Below are positions 38,631 to 47,944 of a DNA stretch of 61,386 nt, piece by piece. The position numbers and the translations under genes are program-made. A model generated the notes under the pieces. The model ran no database searches. It was not told the DNA's origin and worked only from the letters and a program-made list of their open reading frames with translations. Position 1 is the stretch's first letter. The number at the start of each line of letters is the position of its first letter. The stretch lies in IMG/VR virus record IMGVR_UViG_3300017724_000002, positions 1-61,386 of that record, one strand, 5' to 3'. The DNA comes from a virus. Lineage: Duplodnaviria; Caudoviricetes.

Positions 38631-39921
38631 GTGCTTTCACCTCATCAAATCCAAATCGGCACATAACACCTTTGCGCCCTCTTCCTGTTTTCTTAGGTGT
38701 GTATTCTTTGAACCACGCCTGCCCCAACAGATAATCTTCAATCCATCGCTTTGCGCCTTGATAATCATTATTGGTTATCAACCGAGCAATATCCTTTAGC
38801 AATACAGAACGGGGAATATCTTTTTCCCAAAATGTAGTGCGTATCAATCGAATATCCTCATCCATAACATTTCTGCGCATCTTCAAAGAAGATTCGAGAA
38901 TTTCACGCAGTCTGTCGTCTAACTCGACAATCAGCAAATCCTTATCCTTCCATTCACCTTTCATCATTGTGTAACCAATCGCCAGTCTGCGGAATAAATC
39001 GGATTCAAAACTGCGCACCGCTTCTTGTAAGACCCATTGCTCAAACTCTTCCCCGAATACAACGCCTTGTGGTTTCTTCGCCATAACTTGTTGTTGTCTT
39101 TCAATGAACCATTTGCGCAAGTCTATCGAATCTTGGATTAACTTTTTTCTCATTGCAGGCTCGATACTCGCTTGTTTGTTTTGCGCCTGCTTATACAAAA
39201 ATTCCTTTTCGGGAGTCATTGTAATGTCTATGATGAAGAACCTTCGGTCAAGACCGGACTCTAACTCAAACCTAGCAGGTTGTGTACCCGCCCACATTGT
39301 CATGCGTGTGTTGTACTTTACCCAACCACTGCGCATTGACTTGTTGACTCTTCCGCTATCAAGGGAAGTTAGCAATTGGTTCTTCATATCAACGGAATGG
39401 TCTTTGCGTGAAGCATCAGACATACTGCTAAACTCTTCAAAACAGACAAACCCACCGCACATATAACGAGCAAGGGGATTTCCCATAATATCGCCGTCAT
39501 CGTTGACTGAACCAAACATACCGGCCTCAGTGATACTGTTTGCGCCGAACATGGTTCTGAAACCCGTTCCTTTCAAAGCATCGTTGTTCCAAAGTAAGCC
39601 AGTGTTTTCTGCGCAGAACAAGTCAAGCAATACATTCTTTCCCGAACCTTTCTGCCCTCTAATCAAGATGTTAATGCGTGTGTCTGCAAGACGGGTTGCG
39701 GGAGTGTAAATAGGATAATCTGTATGACGCAACGGGCATTCATCAATTGTGAAAGAACCTTCGGGTGCATTGAGTGGGTCGAAGTCGCACATACTGCATT
39801 TGTTGACTGCGTTAAACATATGTGCGCCTATGCTACATAAGAAGATAGGCACTTTATCTTGCACATCAACCAAATAGTTATCATCGCAAAACTGCTGAAC
39901 CTTGTCAAATATATCAGTCAA
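38617..39921 (-). CDS. mcm: MCM-family replicative helicase, minimal (AAA+ core)
   Basis: INILIRGQKGSGK, SITEAGMFGSV, GGFVCFEEF, LLTSLDSGRV, arginine finger GLDRRF. Confidence 0.8.
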   Translation of the reverse strand: MTDIFDKVQQFCDDNYLVDVQDKVPIFLCSIGAHMFNAVNKCSMCDFDPLNAPEGSFTIDECPLRHTDYPIYTPATRLADTRINILIRGQKGSGKNVLLDLFCAENTGLLWNNDALKGTGFRTMFGANSITEAGMFGSVNDDGDIMGNPLARYMCGGFVCFEEFSSMSDASRKDHSVDMKNQLLTSLDSGRVNKSMRSGWVKYNTRMTMWAGTQPARFELESGLDRRFFIIDITMTPEKEFLYKQAQNKQASIEPAMRKKLIQDSIDLRKWFIERQQQVMAKKPQGVVFGEEFEQWVLQEAVRSFESDLFRRLAIGYTMMKGEWKDKDLLIVELDDRLREILESSLKMRRNVMDEDIRLIRTTFWEKDIPRSVLLKDIARLITNNDYQGAKRWIEDYLLGQAWFKEYTPKKTGRGRKGVMCRFGFDEVKAHEKE

Positions 39922-40111
39922 CCTTCTCAGCCTCCATCACTTCTTCATAGGCTTCAATCACCTTCTCAGCCATCCATATTTCATCTGCATGGACTGCACC
40001 GTTCTCGATAAGCGCAAGTAATATGTAGGTGGTTTCGTTTTCTGTTATGTGAAACGAGTCTTGTCGTTTGATTATTTGTAAATAATCCCATGCTTTACTT
40101 TTTACTTTCAT
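39914..40111 (-). CDS. Small hypothetical protein
   Basis: Coupled ORF in the MCM operon. Confidence 0.55.
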   Translation of the reverse strand: MKVKSKAWDYLQIIKRQDSFHITENETTYILLALIENGAVHADEIWMAEKVIEAYEEVMEAEKVD

Positions 40112-40932
40112 TGGAACATCGCCCCCGTATCTGCTATTTGATTATCTTGTGTAGCACCGACCAATTCTTTCACCCGTTCTAATGCCTCCGTAGTAAATTC
40201 AGAATATAACTTTTGCGCTCTATTAGCCGCCCCTCTTGGTATTTTGTAACCATCCTTGCGTAGTAGGTCGCACATTTCTTTGAAGTGCGCTCTTTCAAAC
40301 TGAGGCTTGTTTTTATTTGGGTAATGCTCAACAAAATGATTTGTCCGTTCCGGCGGCATAATGTAAATAGCCGAATCAATCCCTATCAAGTGCGCAATCT
40401 GTGGACTTAGCCAAGACCATAACGCCTGTAATGTTTCAACGCATTCTTCATTCCCCATATCTTCTCCACGCACTACTGCGCATTCATTGGGTAGCGGCAT
40501 TGGTTCAACAAATAATCTGTTGAGGGCGAAGGTTGTCAGTGCGCCTATACGCTCAAGATGTGCGAAGCGCATAACAATATCTCTTGCCGGAGGATAATTA
40601 AATAACCATTCATTTCTTTGCGCATTACCACTATTGCTTATCACTGGCGGAGAGTTAATCATAGCGATTAGTGTTTCTTTGTATTGAAACAAAGGCCACA
40701 TAGGATTTTGTTCTGCTAGTAATCTATGAGGCTTCGTCAAAACATGCTTTGAAGTTATGTAGCCCACCCTTGACATTTCCCTTTCTGCCTGCGCTAACTC
40801 CACGCCTAACAGGGTCGGGAGGTTGCTTGAGTCATTGGTATTGACTATCAACAAATGTGTCGCAGTATCGACGCTTGGCTTGGTATAAAAATCAGTTTCA
40901 CCGATTGTTCTAAACTCATAATTCTCGCTCAT
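40108..40932 (-). CDS. Possible PAC2/proteasome-assembly-chaperone-like protein
   Basis: Pattern LLIV...LPTLLGVELA...MSRVGYITS...WPLFQYKETLIAM...ARDIV...IGALTT resembles archaeal PAC2; first gene after a TATA box. Confidence 0.35.
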   Translation of the reverse strand: MSENYEFRTIGETDFYTKPSVDTATHLLIVNTNDSSNLPTLLGVELAQAEREMSRVGYITSKHVLTKPHRLLAEQNPMWPLFQYKETLIAMINSPPVISNSGNAQRNEWLFNYPPARDIVMRFAHLERIGALTTFALNRLFVEPMPLPNECAVVRGEDMGNEECVETLQALWSWLSPQIAHLIGIDSAIYIMPPERTNHFVEHYPNKNKPQFERAHFKEMCDLLRKDGYKIPRGAANRAQKLYSEFTTEALERVKELVGATQDNQIADTGAMFQ

Positions 40933-40957
40933 TGTTTAATGCTAAAGGGCTTGTTGG

Positions 40958-40966
40958 TATAAACCC
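40958..40966 (-). promoter_or_regulatory. Archaeal TATA box GGGTTTATA
   Basis: ~26 nt upstream of ATG 40932 (MCM operon), at the edge of element A. Confidence 0.7.
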
Positions 40967-40969
40967 TCT

Positions 40970-41190
40970 TATTTGTTTCAGACACTTTGAAAGAATTAAG
41001 AAATAAATAAAAGAGCCACTGCTCTTAACTTGTGCTAATTCTTTTAATTCCTCTTAAGGTGTGTAAGAATTATTCTAAAGGGGCGTTTTATCTAAACATC
41101 TAAGAAGAATAAAAAGAATTACGCTTCTGACCTCGCAGTGCGTCGATTATTTTCTTCCTATTTCTTTACAGGAGGTAAAAAGAATAAACT
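40970..41190. repeat. AT-rich dyad element A (homologous to 57850-58080 in inverted orientation)
   Basis: Shared blocks AATTAAGAAA, TTCCTCTTAAGGTRTGTAARAATTATTCT, TCTAAACATMTAAGAA, AAAAGAATTA, TTCCTATTTCTTT, GGTAAAAAGAAT. Confidence 0.85.
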
Positions 41191-41997
41191 CTTGACCCGG
41201 CTATGCTCAATTTCATCTATCTCTCGGAATAACATTCCCACATCACCTTTACGCCATTTCATTTTAGCACTAACTAACTCATGCCCCTTGTCGCATAACT
41301 CATAATGTCTTAGCATAATAGTGTTAATAATTGCAGTGGGCTTAGTGCGCTTTATCGTAGCGTGTGGGCGATAGTCTGCGCCATCTTCACCGCCCAAGAC
41401 CACGCTTGAAATCAGCACATCAGTTTCCAAATCAAATGCTTTACTCTCGCTCAAAGACTGCGCAATTACTAATCGAGGATAGTCACCGACTACCAGTGAA
41501 GGCAGCCACTTGATACCGACTCCATAAATGCGCATAGGCAGATAAAGACAGATTGATTCACCCCATGACTTCGGCGCAGTCAAGATTGTTTGGGGTTTGG
41601 TTTGCGCTTTAACAGACACCTGCGTATAACCATCAAACATATCAGTAGTGTTTGGTTCGGGCATATATGCGTGTGCGCACCTAAAAGCAAGAACATGGAC
41701 TTCTGTTTCGTGAATGAAATCTTGTAAGTCTTGCGCAAAAGTCTGCTCATAAACAAATTCGCCCTTCATTCCTTGATTCACAATTCTTCTTGGCATATCC
41801 GGTTGTACTGCGTCAATTAAATCCCAAATTGCGCTCTTTCCATCAACTGCCACACGATACTCACCCATGCGCAAGATAGCGAAGGGTGCAAAGAGTCTGC
41901 GCTTGCCTGCCCTGCGCCAACCAATAAATCGCTCAACAATAATATCTTGGGGGCGTGTCAAAATCCACTCGGCGCAGTATCTAAACGGTTGCATCAA
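41158..41997 (-). CDS. Hypothetical protein (start probably ~41868)
   Basis: Long - strand ORF; no family recognised. Confidence 0.55.
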   Translation of the reverse strand: MMQPFRYCAEWILTRPQDIIVERFIGWRRAGKRRLFAPFAILRMGEYRVAVDGKSAIWDLIDAVQPDMPRRIVNQGMKGEFVYEQTFAQDLQDFIHETEVHVLAFRCAHAYMPEPNTTDMFDGYTQVSVKAQTKPQTILTAPKSWGESICLYLPMRIYGVGIKWLPSLVVGDYPRLVIAQSLSESKAFDLETDVLISSVVLGGEDGADYRPHATIKRTKPTAIINTIMLRHYELCDKGHELVSAKMKWRKGDVGMLFREIDEIEHSRVKSLFFLPPVKK

Positions 41998-42021
41998 ATT
42001 AGAACAAGTGCCTCGTTCTTA

Positions 42022-42495
42022 TCAACCTGCGTTCAAGCAACATTTGCAACTCTCACGCTTAGAAAGGTTGAAATCAATATCTGAAAGATGCCGTTCATCA
42101 TCCTTCTCAAGAAGCCCTTTTTCTTTGGCTTCTTCGGTGAGTTTATCCCACTTTTTTTCTTGCTCGCTTCTTTGACTGAATGCTTTGGCTCTAAGAATAA
42201 GTCTTTTTTCTTCGTCGTCGCTTTCTGATTTGGGTTTGAGGATATGTCTTTTCTTAAGAAAGGGTTCTTCACCACCTGCCTTATGTGCATGTGCGTGCGT
42301 CTGTATGTTCTCAACGGCTCGCAGTTTTTCTTCTGCTTCAATCGCTCGCCTATACCACATCTGCATCGCTTCGTTCTTTACTTCTGCTTCCCGCTTGTAT
42401 GCTTCGCATAGTTCAATTAGAGAGTCAATCATTGTCGCTCTATCTATGGGTATAACTTCTTTGCCGGTTATGTTTTCAATTTGTTCAATCATCAT
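42022..42495 (-). CDS. Coiled-coil hypothetical protein
   Basis: E/K-rich helical ORF. Confidence 0.55.
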   Translation of the reverse strand: MMIEQIENITGKEVIPIDRATMIDSLIELCEAYKREAEVKNEAMQMWYRRAIEAEEKLRAVENIQTHAHAHKAGGEEPFLKKRHILKPKSESDDEEKRLILRAKAFSQRSEQEKKWDKLTEEAKEKGLLEKDDERHLSDIDFNLSKRESCKCCLNAG

Positions 42496-42627
42496 GTTTA
42501 TCTAAAGACTGGAAATATTTTTTCTCGGAAAATTTTCTGAATCATTCGGAAAACTTTTTTTTTCGTACTCCCTAAATAACTAAGTGTAAAAAATAAACCT
42601 AGTGCGCAAAATACATTAAGTGCAGTT

Positions 42628-43161
42628 TTAGGAAGCGGGATAATTAATTCCATAAATCCAATCTTGATTCCACCAATAAGGCGCAGGCCGACCTTTGCGC
42701 CATTCCGCAAAGTATGCCTTTTCTCCTTTGTAATACGCACGATATGCGCTTACTGCATCACCTTCCACCTTGTACTCGTCGGGCATACATTGCGCAAACT
42801 CGGTCAATTCCCCTTCGGGGATTCTGTCAGCCATCATAAACAAATGCTCAATGCCGTCTGCGCAGGCGTGAGTCTTGTCGAATCGCTTTTCGTATTCTTC
42901 GCAAAGCATTGCGGCGTGAAAGCAAGTCCACATATAATTTTCACTGGTTGCGCCAACCCAAAGAGTAGCGGGATGGTGCGCATAACCCCCCAAAAGTGGA
43001 GTTCCTTTTGATGTAAGAGGCATATCTGCATCTTCTGCGCCGTGTCTGCGTTGAGCCGAGCCAAGCATCTGAAAACACTCCACAATTAATTTTGGCACAT
43101 GCTTATCGCAATATGACATAGCCGCATAAATTGGCGATTCGTCAAGGATAAAAATATTCAT
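42628..43161 (-). CDS. Pyrimidine-dimer DNA glycosylase/AP-lyase family (T4 DenV-like)
   Basis: MNIFILD...CDKHVPKLIVECFQML...HHPATLW...LCEEYEKRFDKTHAC...QCMPDEYK...AYRAYY...WR..RPAPYWW signature. Confidence 0.85.
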   Translation of the reverse strand: MNIFILDESPIYAAMSYCDKHVPKLIVECFQMLGSAQRRHGAEDADMPLTSKGTPLLGGYAHHPATLWVGATSENYMWTCFHAAMLCEEYEKRFDKTHACADGIEHLFMMADRIPEGELTEFAQCMPDEYKVEGDAVSAYRAYYKGEKAYFAEWRKGRPAPYWWNQDWIYGINYPAS

Positions 43162-43334
43162 TCTAAAAACTCCCCAAACCATGTTTCGCCGTAGTGGTCG
43201 CAATCTTCGTTAGTGCATTCGTATATGCCTTCCTGCGCCCTGCGCACGCATTTATTGCAATGAGGGCATTTCTTGCGTGGTTTGCGTGGCATTCCAGTAA
43301 CCATCTTCGGGTTATTTTCCCAAACTTGACGCAT

Positions 43335-43613
43335 TCAAATGTCCTCTAGTTCTTTCATTTGCTTTTGCGCAACCTCTTGAAGTTTCTCAACATCTTCGAC
43401 AATGCCAAACATTTTATTCTGCACTTCGGGGTCATCTGTGATTCTTGCAACATCTGCGCACTTATCACATACGCTTTGCAATGTTTTGCTTAGTGCTTTC
43501 AAAGCCCAGTCTTGAATACCTGTTAACTTCTCATATCGTGATATTGTTTTTTGTTGTTCCTCTATCAAGCGAGCCGCCTTTGCGACAGTTTCATTCATTC
43601 CTTCTATGTTCAT
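43335..43613 (-). CDS. Coiled-coil hypothetical protein
   Basis: Helical ORF coupled to its upstream gene. Confidence 0.55.
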   Translation of the reverse strand: MNIEGMNETVAKAARLIEEQQKTISRYEKLTGIQDWALKALSKTLQSVCDKCADVARITDDPEVQNKMFGIVEDVEKLQEVAQKQMKELEDI

Positions 43614-43948
43614 ATTATGTTCGCCTCCTGTTCCGCCATTGCTTTAATCAATTGCGTTAGGCGCATGTGCGCCATTATCATATCTGTCTGCGTCTTTGCT
43701 TTATTGAACCAACCGATAACTTTCTGCGGTACATCTTGCCAACCAAACGCCTGCATAATGCGCACTTGAACCACCAAGTCGTTGCATGAATCGCAACATC
43801 GAGTATGGTCAAGCATACTTGCGTGGCTTGTGTCATCTGCGCTCAAAGGTTGCGCATTGTGGCCTTGAGTCCAATAGACCTTGCCTGCAAGGTCATCTTT
43901 GTGTTCTTTAATCGCTTTGTAGCATATCGAGCATATTTCTGTCATCAT
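43610..43948 (-). CDS. Zn-finger protein
   Basis: CSIC...GHNAQPL...RCCDSCNDLVV. Confidence 0.65.
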   Translation of the reverse strand: MMTEICSICYKAIKEHKDDLAGKVYWTQGHNAQPLSADDTSHASMLDHTRCCDSCNDLVVQVRIMQAFGWQDVPQKVIGWFNKAKTQTDMIMAHMRLTQLIKAMAEQEANII

Positions 43949-43993
43949 TTCATCTCCTGTGTTCCTTCCTGCGTGTTTAGTGATATAAACCCT

Positions 43994-44722
43994 TCACCAC
44001 TCCATGCCCCTTGTAGGGTCATCATCGTAGTCATTCATTGATAGTATGGTGTCATCCAGTGTATCTTTCACCGTTTCGGGAATTTGGTTCATTTCTGCGC
44101 TGAATCTTTTAGTGTTAAATTCATCTTCTGCGCCGTGTAACTCTTGCATCAATTCATTGACTCTTGAGAGCCAACCATGCGGTAATATTGATTCACAAAT
44201 GAGCATAGCCTCCGTGTTTTCGTGCGTTGTGTGCGTGGGGATTCCATTTAGCGCAGGGTGTTTTCCATGAACCTTTGAAATGATTGTAAAAAGGTGGTTT
44301 TTGCGCCTAAAGTCTTTATCGCCTTCTGATTCTTCGAGCATCATTTCAACACGCCTTCCAGTGACTTGACCGTTTCCCCAATTGCGCAAAATATCTTCCC
44401 ATTCTTGGGTGAACATTCCGTTGTTGCCTTTGCAACCTTCCGCCATGTCTAAGTGCGCCTTTACAATGTGAAATTCTATGCAGACTTCCCAAAGGTCAAT
44501 ATCCATTTTGTGCAAAATCTGCTCACACTCAACGAGTCTTGCCTGTGCTAACTGCGCCAAAATATCTGAAATATTAGAAAATGCGCTTGTGTTATCTGCC
44601 TTCAAAAATCCTAAATCGGGATTTAAGATTAACCCCGCATCGAAAAAAGTCTGATACAGAAAACCCACTGCGTCGCTTGGTGTTTCTATTTTCTTGCTCA
44701 TTGCGTCGTCTGCTTCGCTCAT
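43994..44722 (-). CDS. Hypothetical protein
   Basis: 242-aa ORF with GGTGA SD. Confidence 0.6.
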   Translation of the reverse strand: MSEADDAMSKKIETPSDAVGFLYQTFFDAGLILNPDLGFLKADNTSAFSNISDILAQLAQARLVECEQILHKMDIDLWEVCIEFHIVKAHLDMAEGCKGNNGMFTQEWEDILRNWGNGQVTGRRVEMMLEESEGDKDFRRKNHLFTIISKVHGKHPALNGIPTHTTHENTEAMLICESILPHGWLSRVNELMQELHGAEDEFNTKRFSAEMNQIPETVKDTLDDTILSMNDYDDDPTRGMEW

Positions 44723-44817
44723 TCTTCTTCACCTGCCAATACTTTTTCGTATTCTAAATGAACCTTTGGATGCCTTAAATGCAACCATAATAATAAATGA
44801 TTTAATTCAGTATTCAT
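44719..44817 (-). CDS. Microprotein (32 aa, MNTELNHLLLWLHLRHPKVHLEYEKVLAGEEE)
   Basis: Bridges two genes with ATGA overlaps at both ends. Confidence 0.55.
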   Translation of the reverse strand: MNTELNHLLLWLHLRHPKVHLEYEKVLAGEEE

Positions 44818-45305
44818 TCTTCTTCACCTCTTATTTCATAGTCTGCGTCTTTGCTTCCTGCGCTTGGGAATATCATGTGAGAAACTTTCTTTATCCCCAT
44901 AACCATCTCCAACATTCGGTCAACACTGCATCTCTCCGGCGTTTGCGGTATGCGCACATGAACGAGAACATCGCCAACGATTGCATAAGGTGCTTCTTGC
45001 GCAGGCATACCGAAAGCGGCATATGTGCCAATTAAGTTTGGTTCTTCGCCATAAATGCGCCCTTCTTCGTGCGCAATTACATCAATAATTTCAGCCATGA
45101 TTAGACCGGAGTTATCTTCTGCCGGTATTGGGAGTTTGACATTGCGCCCAAAGGTGCAATACTCAATCAGTCCACCGACTGCGCCTTGCATATCTTTAAG
45201 CGAAGGCTCGCCTTTTCCATTCTCTTTTTTTGCTATAATTGTAGGTTTGCTATTTGTTTCAATTTTTATCCAGTATTCTTCCAATTCAATCTCTCCTTGA
45301 TTCAA
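44814..45305 (-). CDS. DUF3846-like protein
   Basis: LKDMQGAVGGLIE...IAHEEGR...PNLIGT...IVGDVLV. Confidence 0.7.
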   Translation of the reverse strand: MNQGEIELEEYWIKIETNSKPTIIAKKENGKGEPSLKDMQGAVGGLIEYCTFGRNVKLPIPAEDNSGLIMAEIIDVIAHEEGRIYGEEPNLIGTYAAFGMPAQEAPYAIVGDVLVHVRIPQTPERCSVDRMLEMVMGIKKVSHMIFPSAGSKDADYEIRGEEE

Positions 45306-45422
45306 GCGTAGTGTCTGAGGGATATAAACCTGCCCCTCTTTTTATCCATATAACGCACGCTTTCAGCGTTTCTGCTAGTGTCCGTTTGCTCATCTGCTCA
45401 CGGTCTGCGGTGAATGCGTTGC

Positions 45423-47067
45423 TCATCTGCGCAACCTCCTTTCAATCATTGCGTCAAATTCTTCTTGTGTTTTCACAAGATAAATTGCGTGGCTGATTTG
45501 CTTGGGGCGCAAATACTTCTTTGCGTATGCTTCCGCCTTCTCATTTGCTTGCGCTATATTGCGAGTAAGGCGTGGGTTGCCCTCTATTGAAAATATGGTA
45601 TAGTCTGCGCCGAAACCAACATCAACGACAAAAGCGGGATATGTTGCGCTCACTGGAAAGCCTCCTTGAAATCTCCGCCGCATAAACATTCTTCGGCGCA
45701 GTCAGAATTTAATCTCCTGTTCATATCATCAACAAATCTGCTTGCATTTTCTGCGCTTGAAAAGAACGCAATGTGTCTGTTTGTGACTTCCTCGCCGTAC
45801 AAAAGACCGTCAAATTGTATTGCGTAGCCTTCGCCTGCGTCAGACCAAAGCATGTAAAACATTGATTTGCTCATTGTTCTTCACCCTCACAATAACATAT
45901 TTCTTCATCGGTTGAACCTGCGCATGATTTTTCGCATAATTCCATTCTTCTTTTCTTTCTCGCATCTTTAACTGCTTTCATTAATCTGTTTGCTATTCCT
46001 TTCATTCAATTGCCCCCTCTAAAGTGGTTATTGCGCTCTCTAAAGCAATATGCGCCTCATCTAACTCGCCTTCTGCTTCTTCAAGTGCCTGCGCAGATTC
46101 CTCTAACGCCTCTCCCATAGGAGTTGATTCAAGCATCCACTCGCAGATGTTGTCAAACTTTTCTGATTCTTGCGCCGCATAATCGCCGACCCAATTCCTC
46201 AATTCTTCAATTTCTGAAAGCATTTCTTGCAGTCTGCCTAATCTTTGCGCTATTTTTTTCCGGTCTTTTTGGTTCATTCCTCTTCGCCTCCTTCTTCTGC
46301 GCCACAGTCATTGCAAACTGCGCCGGTCATAGTATCACTATAATTCAAATGCTCGCATTCCGCCTTTGGCTTGCGCACCCATAGCGCACCGTCGCCGTTT
46401 CGCAAACTGATGCAGTCAATTGTTGAATGCGCAAGAGTATGATAAATTCCGATTCTGCCATCGGGCAAGCGCATAGCGTGTTGGTGCAAGACTGCGCACC
46501 AGTCGCCGCCTAATTCCTCCGGCAGTCTGATGGTTTCGTATTGCGTGGTTGGAATGAACATTCCGTCGCCCATATCCACTGCGCCTGCGCCATCAGTCCA
46601 CCCAGTCGGGTTTCCGAACATATCAACCGAGTCGCCAATTGGCTCTCCCCATTCATTTCTGCGCATCAAAGACCCGCCTCCGTCATTGCTTCTGAAACTG
46701 CGCTTGCAATGTCAATATCTTCGATGACTGCTTCGGTAGCCTTTGGCTTTGTGTATGTGTATGTGCGCTTCTTCGGCGCAATTGTTACAGTGTTGTGCTT
46801 TGCGCTTCCGTTAAAGTGCGCTCTTGTTGCGGCTGAGTTTGTCATTACTACGGTAATGTCGCCAGTCTTGCGCACATATACGCCTTTGCTGACTTGTTTC
46901 ATTTCTGCGCCGGAAATCGGGCAGATGCCGTTCATGGCTTTTTTGTTCATTTTTGCGTGCCAGTCTGACACGCCTCCATCCGGTCTGCGGCACAAGATAC
47001 CGACGACGGCATCACCTGCGACGCAATTTAATTTATATGGCTCATAATCTTGGGGTATATTCAACAT
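45423..47067 (-). CDS. Cluster of small early-type hypothetical ORFs (45423-45689, 45650-45874, 46002-46277, 46274-46669, 46666-47067)
   Basis: Coupled - strand ORFs downstream of the TATA box at 47106-47114. Confidence 0.55.
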
Positions 47068-47115
47068 TTTTTGTTCCTCCTTAACCTATCTCAAGCAGTG
47101 CGGGGTTATAACCCT

Positions 47116-47823
47116 TTAGGCATTTCCTCCGCTTCTGACCTTCTTTATGGCCGTTTTGACCTGTTCGGCGGTCAAGGGCAAGCCTTCGCCTGCGTACTGC
47201 TTGAGTGCGTCAATATTTACAGTCCATCGGAAGCGTGACCGTAGCGCATGAACAAGGAAGGCCAATTCTTCATATGCTCTTTGACCCGTTTCACACATAC
47301 CGTTCACCTTCGCCATGTGCGCCCTCGCCTTGTAGCCTCCGCCATACTTGAGTGTGCGCCCCATGTGCTTGACTTGGTGGCATCTCGGACATAATATAAT
47401 TATGCGCTCAAGATTCTGAACACAGTTTGCGTCGTCATAAGTCCAAACTTCATGCGCCTCCACTGCATGTTTGCGCCCTTGATTCAAACCGGAATCTCCG
47501 CAAATCTCGCACACATGACCCGCTTCTGCGTAGCACTGCTTGCGCAGTTTATCCCACTGCGTCTTTGTCAGCATACTGCGTAAGTTTGCGCCCCATGTGC
47601 CACTAGGCACTAACTCAATTGTGAGTTTGGGTTTCAATAATTCTGCGTGCGCCGTTGCCATAGCAACGCTCGTTTCATATCGTTCTTCTGCCTCGCATGA
47701 TGCGCACACTGGAACACCGCCAATGTTTGCGCCGTAAAGGTCGGCAGATTCTCCGCAGGGGCAAGTCCAGTTTTGGTTCGTCATATCCGAACCGACTCCA
47801 TTCCTGTTTATAGCGTTGCTCAT
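47116..47823 (-). CDS. HNH endonuclease
   Basis: LTIELVP...W..NLR...WDKLR...CEICG...EAHEVW...LCPRCHQVKH. Confidence 0.85.
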   Translation of the reverse strand: MSNAINRNGVGSDMTNQNWTCPCGESADLYGANIGGVPVCASCEAEERYETSVAMATAHAELLKPKLTIELVPSGTWGANLRSMLTKTQWDKLRKQCYAEAGHVCEICGDSGLNQGRKHAVEAHEVWTYDDANCVQNLERIIILCPRCHQVKHMGRTLKYGGGYKARAHMAKVNGMCETGQRAYEELAFLVHALRSRFRWTVNIDALKQYAGEGLPLTAEQVKTAIKKVRSGGNA

Positions 47824-47944
47824 GCTTCAACCCCCAAATTGCCCCAAAGTGCCAATATAGGGAGAATCGGCAGACATGCGCCTATGATAAGCGGGAACAT
47901 GAACGCAGGCATTCGCACAGAAAAGCGGAACAAGTGAACGGTAA

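Noticed and set aside
42498-42740. 80-aa minus-strand ORF
   Set aside because: Overlaps the glycosylase in another frame and crosses A/T tracts that look intergenic.
47116-47823. Homing endonuclease in an intron or intein
   Set aside because: Free-standing among early genes; polB, terL and mcm appear uninterrupted.
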